Origin: an uncultured bacterium | Lineage (GTDB): Bacteria; Verrucomicrobiota; Verrucomicrobiia; Limisphaerales; UBA8199 | Assembly (NCBI GenBank): GCA_963749495.1 | Contig: CAVVMW010000018.1 | Coordinates: 192,001-256,000 of the forward strand | Reading direction: 5' to 3' | DNA length: 64,000 bases | In this document: positions 1 to 10,699 of the stretch, in pieces | Layout of the letters: every line of letters starts with the position of its first letter | How positions within the stretch are numbered: position 1 is the first letter of the stretch | Notes under the pieces: model-generated | The model's input: only the letters and a program-made list of their open reading frames with translations | The model's database searches: none | What the model was told of the DNA's origin: nothing | Position numbers and translations under genes: made by a program

Positions 1-770
1 TGGGCTGGATGCACGACACGCTCGGCTACTTCAGCCGCGACCCCATCCACCGGAAATACCACCAGGACGACTTGACCTTCGCCATGCTCTACCATCACCA
101 CGAAAACTTCATCCTGCCGCTCTCGCACGATGAAGTGGTGCACGGCAAACGCTCGCTCCTGGGCCGGATGCCGGGCGACAACTGGCAGCGCTTCGCCAAC
201 CTCCGCGCCCTCCTGGGCTATCAATGGTGTTTTCCGGGCAAGAACCTCCTGTTCATGGGTTGTGAATTCGGCCAGAGCGACGAATGGGACGCCAACGCCC
301 AGTTGCAGTGGCCGCTCCTGGAAGCCGGGCCCTACCACCGCGGCCTGCGCCGCTTCGTCCAGGAGTTGAACCGGCTTTACCTGGCCGAGCCGGCTTTGTG
401 GGACGGGGACTACGACGCGAACGGTTTTTACTGGATCGACTGCTCGGACCACGCCAGCAGCGTCCTGTCGTTCGTCCGCCAGGACACCCAGCGCCGCAAC
501 TCGCTGGCGGTCATCCTGAATCTGACCCCGGTGCCGCGCTACCGCTACCGGATTGGCCTGCCCCGGCCCGGCCGCTGGCGTGAGGTCCTCAACAGCGATG
601 CCGCCATCTTCGGCGGCAGCAATGTCGGCAACCAGGGAGGCGTCACTGCGGATGGCCTCAAGTGCCACAAGCAGCCCTGCTCGGCCGAGTTCACCCTGCC
701 CCCGCTCAGCCTCATGGTCTTCGGGACCGGGCCCCAGGAGCCGCCCCCGGGGCCTCCGCCTGCCGCTTGA
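1..770 (+). CDS. glgB: 1,4-alpha-glucan branching enzyme, C-terminal part (runs off window start)
   Basis: GWMHDTLGYF, LPLSHDEVVHGK, PGKNLLFMGCEFGQ and WREVLNSD motifs typical of GlgB. Confidence 0.95.
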   Translation, partial: GWMHDTLGYFSRDPIHRKYHQDDLTFAMLYHHHENFILPLSHDEVVHGKRSLLGRMPGDNWQRFANLRALLGYQWCFPGKNLLFMGCEFGQSDEWDANAQLQWPLLEAGPYHRGLRRFVQELNRLYLAEPALWDGDYDANGFYWIDCSDHASSVLSFVRQDTQRRNSLAVILNLTPVPRYRYRIGLPRPGRWREVLNSDAAIFGGSNVGNQGGVTADGLKCHKQPCSAEFTLPPLSLMVFGTGPQEPPPGPPPAA

Positions 771-1080
771 ACCGGCGCAGACCCCTCACCTCGGCCCTTT
801 CCAGGAACCGACCGAAGCCCGCAGGGTTTTGGACTGCGGCAGTCCTCTGCCGCTTTCGCTTCCCCTTCCCGAGTGATCCGGAAAAGCGGTCCCGATCCAT
901 CGGGATTTGGAAACCTGCGCTACGCCGGCGCCTCAGGCGCACAGGGCGCTCCAGGCGACTTTGTGAATGGCCGTGCAAACAGGACACCCCAGCCTGAACT
1001 CAGGCTGGACAAATGCCGGGCCTTTCTGGTAGAGGTGACAAAACGTGCGAACAGGCACAGCAACCAGTTTTGGCAAAATT

Positions 1081-1953
1081 ATGTCATCCTTATCACGCCG
1101 CCAGTTTGTGAAGAGTTCAGCCTTTGCCGCCGGCGCCCTTGGCCTGGGCCCAGCCCAGTGGGCACAGGGGGCCGACGCCACTGCCGCGGGCAGGTCCATT
1201 CCGATTTCGGTCCAGCTCTACTCGGTGCGGACAGACTGCGCCCGCGATTTTGACACGACCTTGTCACAGTTGGCCAAAATGGGCTTTGCCGGGGTGGAAT
1301 TCGCGGGCTACCACAAGTACAGCGGCAAGGCCAAGGAGTTGCGCGAGAAACTGGACGAACTGAACCTCAAAGTTGCCGCGACCCACATCGGCACCGGCAA
1401 TTTCCGCGGCGATGCCTTGAAACAGACCATCCAGTTCCACCAGATCATCGGCTGCAAGTTCCTCATTGTCCCCGGCGACCGCGACTTCACCCACCCGGAG
1501 AGGAGCAAGGCCCTGGCCGAGACGTTCAACAAGACCGCCGAGATCCTCAAGCCCCTGGGCCTCTACTGCGGCTATCACAACCACACGGGCGAATTCGCCA
1601 AGGACGGCGACAAGACCTATTGGGACCTCTTCGCCCAACGCACCAGCCAGGACGTCGTCCTGCAGCAGGATTGCAGTTGGAGCGCGGCCGCCGGCCAGAA
1701 CCCGGCGGAGCTCATCAAACGCTATCCCGGCCGCACCAAGGTCACCCATTTCAAACCCGCGGTCATCGGCAACGACCCGTCCAGGAAGCCGATCCTCGGG
1801 CAAGACTCCGTGGATTGGGCCGCCGTCCTGGCCGCCTGCCGCCAATTCGGCGGCACCGAATGGATCACCGTCGAGCAGGAACTTTACCCCGACGGCAAGT
1901 CGCCCATGGAATGCACCGAACTCTCCCTGGCCGGCCTCAAGAAGCTCCTATGA
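1081..1953 (+). CDS. Tat-exported sugar phosphate isomerase/epimerase (xylose isomerase-like TIM barrel)
   Basis: SRRQFVK Tat signal; VQLYSVR, GVEFAG, GYHNH, VEQE motifs. Confidence 0.85.
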   Translation: MSSLSRRQFVKSSAFAAGALGLGPAQWAQGADATAAGRSIPISVQLYSVRTDCARDFDTTLSQLAKMGFAGVEFAGYHKYSGKAKELREKLDELNLKVAATHIGTGNFRGDALKQTIQFHQIIGCKFLIVPGDRDFTHPERSKALAETFNKTAEILKPLGLYCGYHNHTGEFAKDGDKTYWDLFAQRTSQDVVLQQDCSWSAAAGQNPAELIKRYPGRTKVTHFKPAVIGNDPSRKPILGQDSVDWAAVLAACRQFGGTEWITVEQELYPDGKSPMECTELSLAGLKKLL

Positions 1954-2198
1954 AGCGCAAGATCCTGGTGATCCTTTCCAATCGCTGGAATCGAAGCCAA
2001 AAACTCCGTTTCGTGGAATTGGACGCCGACAACAAGGGCAACGTCCTCAAGGAACGTCCCGTGCGCGCCCAGCCGCGCAAGCCGATCTACGACGAGGTCT
2101 GGGAAAACGACGAAGGCAAGACTACCTGGGCCGCCTGCAACCGCTTCCGCCGCAGATACCCCCATCCGCTGGAGAAACCCCGCAAATTGAACCTATGA
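1950..2198 (+). CDS. small hypothetical protein (82 aa)
   Basis: ATGA overlaps with both neighbours; MKRKILVILSNRW... Confidence 0.65.
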   Translation: MKRKILVILSNRWNRSQKLRFVELDADNKGNVLKERPVRAQPRKPIYDEVWENDEGKTTWAACNRFRRRYPHPLEKPRKLNL

Positions 2199-3280
2199 CC
2201 ATGAGCACCCAACCCCAAAACCAGACCTCACGCCGTCACTTTCTCAAAGGCTCGCTCCTGGGCGGGGCGGCCGCGCTCTGCGCGCCCTGGACCCTGCGCC
2301 GGGCCCTGGCGGCCGAGCCGCCGGCCCCAGCCGCCCGCCTCGCCAGCCGGGTCGCCCTGGCCGCCGGCGAGGACCGCGCCGACATCGCCTTCAAAGGACT
2401 CAAGGCCTTCGAACGAAGCATCGCCGCCGCCATCGGCAACAAACGGGTCATCGTCAAACCCAACAATGTCGCTATCGACAACCAACTGGCCGCCAGCCAC
2501 GCGCAGAACCTCGAAGGCATCCTCGAGTTCCTCAAGGCCATCGGCAAGCGCAACGTCGCCATCGCCGAATCCGCCGCCAACGGCCCGACCCTCGACGGGT
2601 TCGCCAACTTCGGCTACGACAAGGTCGCCCGGAAATACGGCGCCAAGCTCCTTGACCTGGACCAGGAGGGCTTCGAGATCGTCCATTGCTTCGACGAGGC
2701 CGATTTCCGTCCCCATGCCTGCCGCATGTCCAAGGTGCTGCTGGACCCGAACCACTTCATTATCTCGGCCGCGAAATTCAAGACGCACAACCGGATCGTG
2801 GCGACCCTCTCGCTCAAGAACATCGTCGTGGGCGCAGCGATCAAGGACGCCGGTTTTCGCTGGGGACCCGGCGCCCGGCCCGGGGCGAAGAACGACAAAC
2901 CGATCACCCACGGCACGGGCTTCCGCGGCATCAACTACAATCTCTACGCCCTGGCGCCCCGCCTGCACCCGCACCTGGCGGTCATCAACGGCTTCGAGGG
3001 CATGGAAGGCGAGGGGCCCGTGGGCGGCACGCCCGTCCCCAGCCGCGTCTGCGTGGTCAGCCAGGACTGGCTGGCGGCGGACCGCGTGGCTGTCGAGTTG
3101 ATGGGCATCGATTTCGCCAAAGTCGGCTATCTCAACTACTGCGCCCAGACCCGCATGGGCGTAGCCGACCTCGACAAGATTGAAATCGTCGGCCCGGCTC
3201 TCAAAGACCACATAAAGCCATACAAGCTGGCCAGGAACATCGAAGAGCAGTTGATCTGGATGAAGCCCGCAAAGGGATGA
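2195..3280 (+). CDS. Tat-exported DUF362 family protein
   Basis: SRRHFLK signal; VIVKPN, KFKTH, TLSLKN, GMEGEGP, DWLAADRV motifs. Confidence 0.85.
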   Translation: MTMSTQPQNQTSRRHFLKGSLLGGAAALCAPWTLRRALAAEPPAPAARLASRVALAAGEDRADIAFKGLKAFERSIAAAIGNKRVIVKPNNVAIDNQLAASHAQNLEGILEFLKAIGKRNVAIAESAANGPTLDGFANFGYDKVARKYGAKLLDLDQEGFEIVHCFDEADFRPHACRMSKVLLDPNHFIISAAKFKTHNRIVATLSLKNIVVGAAIKDAGFRWGPGARPGAKNDKPITHGTGFRGINYNLYALAPRLHPHLAVINGFEGMEGEGPVGGTPVPSRVCVVSQDWLAADRVAVELMGIDFAKVGYLNYCAQTRMGVADLDKIEIVGPALKDHIKPYKLARNIEEQLIWMKPAKG

Positions 3281-3303
3281 GAACCGAGGGTCGAGGGTCG
3301 AGG

Positions 3304-3449
3304 CCCCTCACCCCAACCCTCTCCCCATCGGATGGGGAGAGGGAGGACCGTCGCCCGTGGTCGACGAGTCGGAGCGCGTGGGAGCTTGCGACGGCCAGCA
3401 GTTGCTGCTCCCTCTCCCCATCCGATGGGGAGAGGGCCGGGGTGAGGGG
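3304..3449. repeat. REP-like palindrome, family A (CCCCTCACCCCRRCCCTCTCCCC...GGGGAGAGGG)
   Basis: Inverted arms with internal hairpins; copies at 13077, 19226, 39355 and 57877. Confidence 0.85.
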
Positions 3450-3567
3450 CGGCTCCGGGGGCGAACCCCAGGGGGTGCGCGACAAAAAAGTAACCAAAAT
3501 TTGAGCAGGCCCGCCTGCTGATTGATTTTTGTTGCTATATTGTATCTAGTTAGATACAATACGCACC

Positions 3568-3954
3568 ATGACCGCTTCGCTTTCTCAGCTCGAAGACCGG
3601 CGCGAGCAGATCCTTGAACAGATCAAGGCTATCAACCGGTTGCGCCGCGGCTCCTTAAGCCGCCAATTCTTCAAGAAACCCCGCGCTGGCTCCAAAGCCC
3701 CCCAGGGCCCTTACTACGTGCTCCAAGCCTACTTCCATGGGCAGAAGTTCGCCGAGCGCATCCCGGCCGATCAGGCCCCCCAAATCGAACCCCTCGTCGC
3801 CAATTACAGACGCTTTAGCGAACTGGCCGAGGAGTTTGTCACCGTCACCGACCAAATCACCCGCCTGAGTCAAGCCGCCCCCGACGCAAAAAAAAACTCC
3901 AGACCGAAGTCGGGCAGGAGCGATTCCGGGAAGCCAACGCCTTCATCCGGTTAG
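3568..3954 (+). CDS. IS accessory ORF (DUF6788-like); probable N-terminus of a frameshifted transposase
   Basis: LRRGSLS...GPYY motif; A9 run at 3888-3896 near the end. Confidence 0.75.
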   Translation: MTASLSQLEDRREQILEQIKAINRLRRGSLSRQFFKKPRAGSKAPQGPYYVLQAYFHGQKFAERIPADQAPQIEPLVANYRRFSELAEEFVTVTDQITRLSQAAPDAKKNSRPKSGRSDSGKPTPSSG

Positions 3955-3980
3955 TCCAAGGGCAGTGGCAACAGCAGGGA

Positions 3981-5270
3981 GTGCGCAATCTCGAGGCGGT
4001 GGAAATTGGCCTGCGCGAGGCGCTCTTCCGCGATGCCTGTGGGATTCTGGGGGATTTGCTCAACGACCCGGCGCTGCCGGTGCCCGAGGATCAGGGCCGC
4101 CCAGGCGAAAGGTGCCACGCCGGCCGGCCCAAGGAGCCGCTGACCCTCTTCGGGCTAGTGGCCCTACGGCGCAACTATTACTATTGGGCGAGCCGGGAGC
4201 AAGGCCGTGCCCCGCTGGACCAGGCGCTGGGTCTGTGGGCAGGCTATTCGCCCGGGGTGCTGCGGATCATTTGCCGCGCGGCCGCGCGCCATCCCTTCGA
4301 CGTGGCGGCGGCCGAGCTCAAAGCCTATTGCGGGCTGCAGGTCGAAGGCCGCCAGATTCAGCGCATCGCTCAGGAAATGGGACCGCGGGTGCGGGCGGTC
4401 CAAGAACAATTGCCTCCCTTCAAGCATGACTCGGGCCTGATTCCCGTCATGTATATCGCCGTCGATGGCACCGGGGTTCCCATGCGGCCCGAGGAATTGG
4501 AAGGCCGTGCCGGCAAGCAACCCGATGGCTCAGCCAAGACCCGAGAGGTCAAGTTGGCTTGTGTGTTTACCCAAACCACCCTTGATGAGGAGGGATTGCC
4601 GTTGCGGGACTTTGAGTCCTCCAGCTACGTGGCAGGCTTTGAAGAGGCACCCGATTTCATGGTGCGGGCACGCCAGGAGGCCCTCCGCCGCCGTCTGCCG
4701 GCAGCGCAGGTGTCGGTGCTGCTGGGCGACGGGGCTGCCTGGATTTGGGACCACGGGGCGAAGTGCTTCCCGATGGCCTTCCAAATTCTGGACTTGTATC
4801 ACGCCCTGGAACATCTCTCCGACCTGACGAAATTGCTCGAACCGGACCCTGCCGCCGCCCAGGCCCTGTGGCGAACTTGGCGCGAGCAGTTCTTGGCCGA
4901 CAACGTGGAGGAAGTCCTGCGTCAAGCCCGGGAAAGGACGGGCAAACTGGCCGCTCAGACTGCTGAATCAGCAGGCAAGCAGATCGCATACTTCGAGCAC
5001 AACCAGAGCCGTATGCTCTACGCCACCTACCGCGCTTTGGGATTTTTCTACGGCTCGGGGGTGGTCGAAGCCGGCTGCAAAACGGTTATCGGCGGACGCT
5101 GCAAGTGCTCCGGCATGCTTTGGTCAGAAGAGGGAGCTACCCACGTCCTGGATTTGCGCTGCGCTCTGTATGGCAACCAATTCAACCAAGTCTGGGATCG
5201 CTTAAACCAAAGCGATTACCTGCGAATTCGCGTCGCCAACCCCCCGGCTCAAGCCGAGGAAGCTGCGTAA
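3981..5270 (+). CDS. ISKra4 family DDE transposase
   Basis: YIAVDGTGVPM, TREVKL, LGDGAAWIW, ILDLYHALEHL, GSGVVEAGCK motifs. Confidence 0.92.
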   Translation: MRNLEAVEIGLREALFRDACGILGDLLNDPALPVPEDQGRPGERCHAGRPKEPLTLFGLVALRRNYYYWASREQGRAPLDQALGLWAGYSPGVLRIICRAAARHPFDVAAAELKAYCGLQVEGRQIQRIAQEMGPRVRAVQEQLPPFKHDSGLIPVMYIAVDGTGVPMRPEELEGRAGKQPDGSAKTREVKLACVFTQTTLDEEGLPLRDFESSSYVAGFEEAPDFMVRARQEALRRRLPAAQVSVLLGDGAAWIWDHGAKCFPMAFQILDLYHALEHLSDLTKLLEPDPAAAQALWRTWREQFLADNVEEVLRQARERTGKLAAQTAESAGKQIAYFEHNQSRMLYATYRALGFFYGSGVVEAGCKTVIGGRCKCSGMLWSEEGATHVLDLRCALYGNQFNQVWDRLNQSDYLRIRVANPPAQAEEAA

Positions 5271-5372
5271 TGGCACCTAATTGTTACTATTTTGTCCGGC
5301 TCCCAACCCCAGGGATTGTCCAAGAACTGGCTTGCACCTGGCCCCTCGACACTCGACACTCGACACTCGCTT

Positions 5373-6299
5373 ATGACCACACGTCGTCAATTCATCCGCG
5401 CGGCTGTCCCCGTGGCAGCGGCCCTGGGGTTGGCCCCGGCGGCGGCCGGCCGCGCCTTTGGCCTTGAGGCGAGCGGCTTCCGACCGCCTGTTGCCGTCTT
5501 CAGCAAGGTTTACCAGGAATTGAAGCTGGATTTCGAGCAGTCGGCCGAAGTAACGGCCGCGGCGGGGTTGGACGGGGTCGATTGCGCGGTGCGCGAGGGC
5601 GGAGAGATCCAGCCGGCGCAGGCCGCCGAGCAGATGCCGCGCTACGCCGAGGCCCTGCGCCGGCACGGGACCGGCATGCTGCTGCTGACCACGGGCATCG
5701 TGGGGGTCTCTTCACCCCACGCCAGCGAGGTCCTGCGGACGGGCAAACAACTGGGCATCCGCTACTACCGGCTGGGCTATTGGTTGCACCGCCCCGGCCT
5801 GCCGCCTGAAAAGCTGCTGGCGGAGGCCCGCCCCAGCCTCAAGGACCTGGCAGCCATGAACAAGGAGCTGGGCCTCTGCGGCGTGTACCAGAATCACTCT
5901 GCCGGCTCAGACCGCTCCCGGCGCAACGCCGGCTGCGACCTGGCCGAACTCTATGAAATGGTCAAGGACCTCGACCCCGACCAAATCGGCGTCGCCTTCG
6001 ACCTGGCCCACGCCATCCTCGAACACGGCGACGGGTGGCGCGAGCATTTCGAGCGGCTCAAGCCTCATATCCGGGTCCTGTACGTCAAAGACGCGCGGCG
6101 AGGCTCCGGGTTTGTGCGGTTCGGCCAGGGTGAGCTGGGCCCTACGGGCTTTTTCCAATCGCTGGCCCGGATGAACTACCGCGCCCCGCTCTCGATGCAC
6201 ATCGAGTTCGATTGGACCCTCGATGGCAAAAAGACCCGCCAGGCCCTCGTCCAGGCCCTCACCGAGAGCCGGACCGTCCTGGGGCAGTGGATGGCTTAG
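5373..6299 (+). CDS. Tat-exported sugar phosphate isomerase/epimerase (TIM barrel)
   Basis: TRRQFIR signal; GLDGVD, YQNHS, FDLAH, VKD, SMHIE. Confidence 0.85.
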   Translation: MTTRRQFIRAAVPVAAALGLAPAAAGRAFGLEASGFRPPVAVFSKVYQELKLDFEQSAEVTAAAGLDGVDCAVREGGEIQPAQAAEQMPRYAEALRRHGTGMLLLTTGIVGVSSPHASEVLRTGKQLGIRYYRLGYWLHRPGLPPEKLLAEARPSLKDLAAMNKELGLCGVYQNHSAGSDRSRRNAGCDLAELYEMVKDLDPDQIGVAFDLAHAILEHGDGWREHFERLKPHIRVLYVKDARRGSGFVRFGQGELGPTGFFQSLARMNYRAPLSMHIEFDWTLDGKKTRQALVQALTESRTVLGQWMA

Positions 6300-6315
6300 A
6301 GGCGGTTGCAGAATT

Positions 6316-6391
6316 AACCGCAAAGAACGCAAAGATCGCAGAGAAACACCTTGATTGCGGGCTCTTTGTGTTCTCTGCGTTCTTTGCGGTT
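6316..6391. repeat. Palindrome with 9-nt-unit arms (AACCGCAAAGAACGC...GCGTTCTTTGCGGTT)
   Basis: Inverted arms between convergent genes; near copy at 39945-40014. Confidence 0.8.
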
Positions 6392-6408
6392 AATTTCGCC
6401 ACTGTCTC

Positions 6409-8600
6409 TCAGTTCCCTTCGATCGCCAGCGCCAGCTTGATGATATAATAGAGGTCCGCCTGGCACCATGGCAGGTCCACGCGGCGGGCCAATTCCTGGG
6501 GCGCGGCGCCCTTGAGCCAGGCCAGGGCCTTGAATGAGTTCAGGGCGAAGTCGGGCGGGTCCACGAAGTTCTCTCCGAAGTGTACCTGGCGCTCCTCTCC
6601 GGTCAGCGACCAGGTTGGACAGAGGGTGGAGAAGGTCTGCCAGACGCGCCCAACGGCATTCGGGGCCTTGGCGCGCACCAGCGCCGCAACCTCGGGTGTC
6701 AGGTCCTGGAACAGGCCGAGCGTGTGCCGGTGCGGGGCGACTGCCAGCCAGAGGCCGTCGCCTTTGCCGATGAAAGGGTCCAGCTCCGATGAGGTGTTGA
6801 ACGTCGTGAGCGTCCCGCGCTCGGCGGCACGGTTCCACCAGTTCACGAGGGCCTCGGCTGCTTCATCGCCGCGGGCTTTGGCCTCCAGGGCCAAGCCACC
6901 GTCTCCGGCCTTTTCGGCGATGCGGCTCAAGGCGAGCAGCGAGGCAAGGTAACGGTTTGCGAAGAGGTCGCCTTTGGCGGCATTCAACTGCCAGCCGGAT
7001 TCCACAAAGTCCTGGTAGGCGGCCTTGATGTCCGGCCAGCTTTCGAGCACGAGCGGTTCTTGTCCGCAACGTTGGGCAAAGAACCAGGCGGCGTGGAGAT
7101 TGCCGAAGGGATGCGGCTGGTGGTCGCCGCCGAGGCGGGCGCGATAAGCCGGCGGCACTTTGAACCATTCCCGGGCCTCGCCTTCGTTGAGGGCATACCA
7201 GGCCCGGCGCGTGAACGGCGCGTGCCGGCTCCATTCCAAGCGCAAGAGGGCGCGCAACCTGGCCTGGAGTTCGGCGGGCAGGTGCGGCCACGCCCAGGCC
7301 AGGGCCTCGAACAGCTCGCCGCTGTGGTCGAACGCAAAGACGCGCCCGGCCAGGCCGGGGTCGGTAAAGAGCGGCAACCAGGTCCGGTCCACGACGGTTT
7401 GGACGGTTGCGGCGAGTTGGCGGCGGAGTTCCTCGGCGCCGGGAAGCGGCGGCTGCGGCGCCGAAGTCGAGGGCAGGTTCGTGGCCAGGCCCAGCGGTTT
7501 GGGGGGCGCGCCGCCCGCACGTTCTCCCGGCGCCAAGCACAGAATTCGGCTCCCGGTCTGCCAATAGACCCGGTCGCCGGCCACCGCCACGCCGCTGCGG
7601 GCCGGGCCGTGCCATTCGTTGCGCGCCCAGGGCGGATTGCGGAACCCGCCGTAGGTGTCCCTCTCGCCCCAAACGGAGAACAGTTCGTTGCGCTGGAGGT
7701 CGAACCCGCTCAGTGTGCCCTGGTGAATGAGCCAGGCGGTGCGGCCCGTCACCAGAACAGCCAGGCATCGAGCTTCTGCCAGGCGCTGTCGTCCGCGCCT
7801 GCGTTGCGGCAGAGCATCGTGCGGTCGCGCCCGATGCGTTGGCCCATGTTGAGGGCAGGGTTGGTCCGCACGACCACTAGCGCGCGGCCTTTGCCGGGGA
7901 GCACGACCGGGTAATAGTCGCGCGCCGTCTGGCCGGACAGCGCCTCGGAGGTCCACAACGGCTCGCCGTCGCTCGCCCGGAAACAGCGCACGCGCAGGTC
8001 CTCGCCGGTGACGAAGACCCGGCCCCCCGCCACGGCGGCGGTTTGGCGAATAGGGGCGCCCGCCGCCCGGCGCCACTGCGCCTGGCCATCGCGCGCGGAC
8101 ACCGCCAGGAAATCCCCCGCGCGCGTGCCGATATAAACGGTGCCGCCGGCAATGACGGGCGCGGCCGAGAACCCGCCATAACCTGCGAAGCAGCGCCAGG
8201 CAGACCTGCCGCTCTGGGCCTCGACGCCGTACAAATTGCCGTCGCTGCTGGCGGCTATCACGAACCCCTCGGCCACGGCGGGCGACTGCAGGAAGGCCCC
8301 GCGCGCCTCGAACCGCCCCAACCCCTGCCCCGTCTCCGCTCGCACCCCGTAGAGGTTGCCGGCGTGCGTCGCCACGAACATTCTCCCGCCGGCGACAATC
8401 GGCTCCATGGCCGTGCCCAGCCGCTCCCCCTCGATCTCGATGGCCCACGCCAGCCGGAAGGGCGGCCTCAACTCCTGCTCGACCCATCCCGTGTGCGATG
8501 CCTCCCCCCGCACCATCGGCCAGTCAGCCCCGGCTTGGGCCGGGCCGGCCGACCAGAAGGACGCCAGGAATAAAGGCAGAGCCGTGAAACCGAGCTTCAT
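6409..8600 (-). CDS. PQQ-like beta-propeller protein, split by a frameshift near 7750
   Basis: Signal peptide, DWPMVRG and repeated propeller blades in ORF 7749-8612; continues in the frame of ORF 6409-8487 (AWLIHQG...). Confidence 0.7.
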
Positions 8601-8683
8601 GGAAACCGACACTGAGCGGACCCAAAGGCGAAGTCAACCTCCAGGCGCAGCCCTGCTGCATCGGTCTGGGATGGCCTCGGTAT

Positions 8684-8810
8684 CTTTGTCGCGACCTTTG
8701 TCGCAGCCTTTGTCGCAACCTTTGTCGCAACCTTTGTCGCAACCTTTGTCGAATTGGGCCGAGTCTCGACAAAGGTCCCGACAAAGGCTGCGAACGAAGG
8801 TCGCGAAGGT
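8684..8810. repeat. 12-nt tandem-unit palindrome (CCTTTGTCGCAA)n...(GACAAAGG)
   Basis: Several direct units followed by inverted units; relatives at 49170-49265 and 55390-55480. Confidence 0.85.
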
Positions 8811-9976
8811 CACTCAATGGATGGCTTCAGGACGGATTCGTAATGTGACAGCTCTTCTCGATCAACCCTGGCCTCCGGCGGCTCCCACCTGGTGCCCTGT
8901 TCCTCCCGCCACGTAATCCAAATGTTCTGGCTGCGCACCCCAAGTCCACCCCTGCCCCTGCCCGACAATTCAACCGCCAATTGGGGCGCGCGAGTGATGC
9001 GCTTCTCCGTCAGGAGCACCGTCCAACCAGCCTGAAGAAAATCGCGCATGACCTCCCTATCGGGGAGCACGTCGAATGAGCCTGCTGAGATAACCGCCAG
9101 TGCGACCCCAATATCTTTTCGATGTCCGCAGATTCGAGAGCCCCGGTGCGAATCACCTGAGCCGTGGTGAGAGACCTTTACCATGTCGAGAGCCGGCTGA
9201 TGACCTGAGCCGTTCCTGACCACCGCGTATCTGTTCAGCGCATTGTTGCAGCCCTCAGAATCCGTGTCAGCAGCGAGCAGCGCATCGAAGGATCTGTCAT
9301 TGCCCCGCACGTTCAAGCCCAGAACGACCGAAACACGGTTGAGGTCCCTCCGGATCTTCCCCTCAGAAACCACATCCCGAACTGCCTCACTCACGACTTC
9401 CGGCCTCGGCCCTATTGGAATCAGTCGGATGCGATCGCCGACCTCGACGAGCGGGCTGCGGTTCTCGTCAGCCCTAAAGTACCGGACGCGGTTGTTCTCA
9501 ATGAGCTTGTAAACAAACCGATACAACCGCTCGAACTCCGTCACCGCCGAAGCGGGAAAGCGCCGCCTGCGCATGATCTGCTGAATCTGTCTCGGCTCGA
9601 CGCCGCTGTCGCAAAAGGTCCCAACGGTTCTGCCCTCGGAGGTGAAATACTGCATCACCTCGGCTAACCCGGTATAATGGTCCTCGTGGGGGTGCGAAAG
9701 GCACACTAAATCGAGTCTTCGGATCTGGAGTTGCTCCACGAGCCGAAAGAACTGCGCCCGCGCTTCACCCTGCGGCAGGTTGCAGTCGACCAAAACCCAC
9801 TTTCTTGCCCCGAGATTCAGCAGAATCGTGTCGCCCTGTCCACACTGGAGCACGTGTATTTCGACCCAAGGGGGAACCTCCTCAGATGCGGATGGTGCCT
9901 GAAATCCCTCTATCTCGGAATTCTGGGAGATCACTCGTTTCTTCGGGTTCTTTCTGAGCTTCGGAGGCTTGTCCAA
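8810..9976 (-). CDS. Metallo-beta-lactamase fold hydrolase (ComEC/Rec2-like); true start probably near 9870
   Basis: CGQGDT, LVDC, SHPHEDHYTG (HxHxDH), KVSHHGS, ISAG motifs. Confidence 0.85.
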   Translation of the reverse strand: MDKPPKLRKNPKKRVISQNSEIEGFQAPSASEEVPPWVEIHVLQCGQGDTILLNLGARKWVLVDCNLPQGEARAQFFRLVEQLQIRRLDLVCLSHPHEDHYTGLAEVMQYFTSEGRTVGTFCDSGVEPRQIQQIMRRRRFPASAVTEFERLYRFVYKLIENNRVRYFRADENRSPLVEVGDRIRLIPIGPRPEVVSEAVRDVVSEGKIRRDLNRVSVVLGLNVRGNDRSFDALLAADTDSEGCNNALNRYAVVRNGSGHQPALDMVKVSHHGSGDSHRGSRICGHRKDIGVALAVISAGSFDVLPDREVMRDFLQAGWTVLLTEKRITRAPQLAVELSGRGRGGLGVRSQNIWITWREEQGTRWEPPEARVDREELSHYESVLKPSIE

Positions 9977-10691
9977 CCACGACGATCACATGGGCCTCCA
10001 CGGCATCGCCCTCTTCGGGGAGCTTGCCACGCACGAACTGCTTGCGCTCGTAAACTTGCTTAAGGGGACCATCCGGCGTTTCGTAGGTCACCTCCGCTTG
10101 AGCGCCAACGACTTCGCTCACGGTTCCCCGATGAACCTCGCGCAAGCAGATTCGACCCTGGCTTTGAGCGATGAGGGCTGCCTGGAGATCCTTGTTCGCC
10201 TTCGCCATGTCGCAGACCACTTCAAGTAGAGACTCATTCTGCGGCCTTAACTGGGCATTTTGGGAGGCCAGTTCGGCGCTCTGCTGACGGGCCAACAGTG
10301 TAGCTCGTTGCTCAGAAATCAACTGCGTCTTGAGCCGCTCCAGCTCCAGGAGGTTCCTGTGTTGCTCGTCGGCAATCAGGCCGGTTGGGACAGCCCCATG
10401 GATGACTGCACGTGGAGAGGTGCGTGGATATCCGGAGAACGCCGCCGCGGCAACCGTCTCCCAATACCCGGCCGCTAACTCCCAAAGTTTATTCTCCTCG
10501 CATTGGGAGGCCATCTCCATGACCTTCTTGAAATGATCAGCGAGACCAGCGGATCCGTGGATGTGAACGGACACGTAAGACTTCTGCCACGCCTTCGCAA
10601 GCGTGGAAAGCACTCGATCATGCCCTTGTCCCGACTGGGCAGGAACACCCAGCCCCGCGATCTCGGTCTGCCATCTGTCATCCATTCCCAT
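9882..10691 (-). CDS. hypothetical protein with a coiled coil and a small C-terminal beta domain
   Basis: 269-aa ORF co-oriented with neighbours; heptad-like middle region. Confidence 0.7.
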   Translation of the reverse strand: MGMDDRWQTEIAGLGVPAQSGQGHDRVLSTLAKAWQKSYVSVHIHGSAGLADHFKKVMEMASQCEENKLWELAAGYWETVAAAAFSGYPRTSPRAVIHGAVPTGLIADEQHRNLLELERLKTQLISEQRATLLARQQSAELASQNAQLRPQNESLLEVVCDMAKANKDLQAALIAQSQGRICLREVHRGTVSEVVGAQAEVTYETPDGPLKQVYERKQFVRGKLPEEGDAVEAHVIVVVGQASEAQKEPEETSDLPEFRDRGISGTIRI

Positions 10692-10699
10692 AATTCATC

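Larger units (their letters stand above)
3473..5304 (+). mobile_element. Complete ISKra4-family insertion sequence (1832 bp)
   Basis: 24-bp imperfect TIRs (GGGTGCGCGACAAAAAAGTAACCA; right end revcomp GGGAGCCGGACAAAATAGTAACAA); 9-bp direct repeat AACCCCAGG at 3464-3472 and 5305-5313; transposase inside. Confidence 0.92.

Noticed and set aside
1466..2194. Long N-terminal extensions in the ORF track (also 24155, 37953, 19364, 11584)
   Set aside because: Recognisable proteins start at later ATGs; the extensions overlap other genes or repeats
8684..8810. CRISPR array
   Set aside because: 12-nt units are contiguous with no unique spacers, and there are no cas genes; the same holds for the other short arrays
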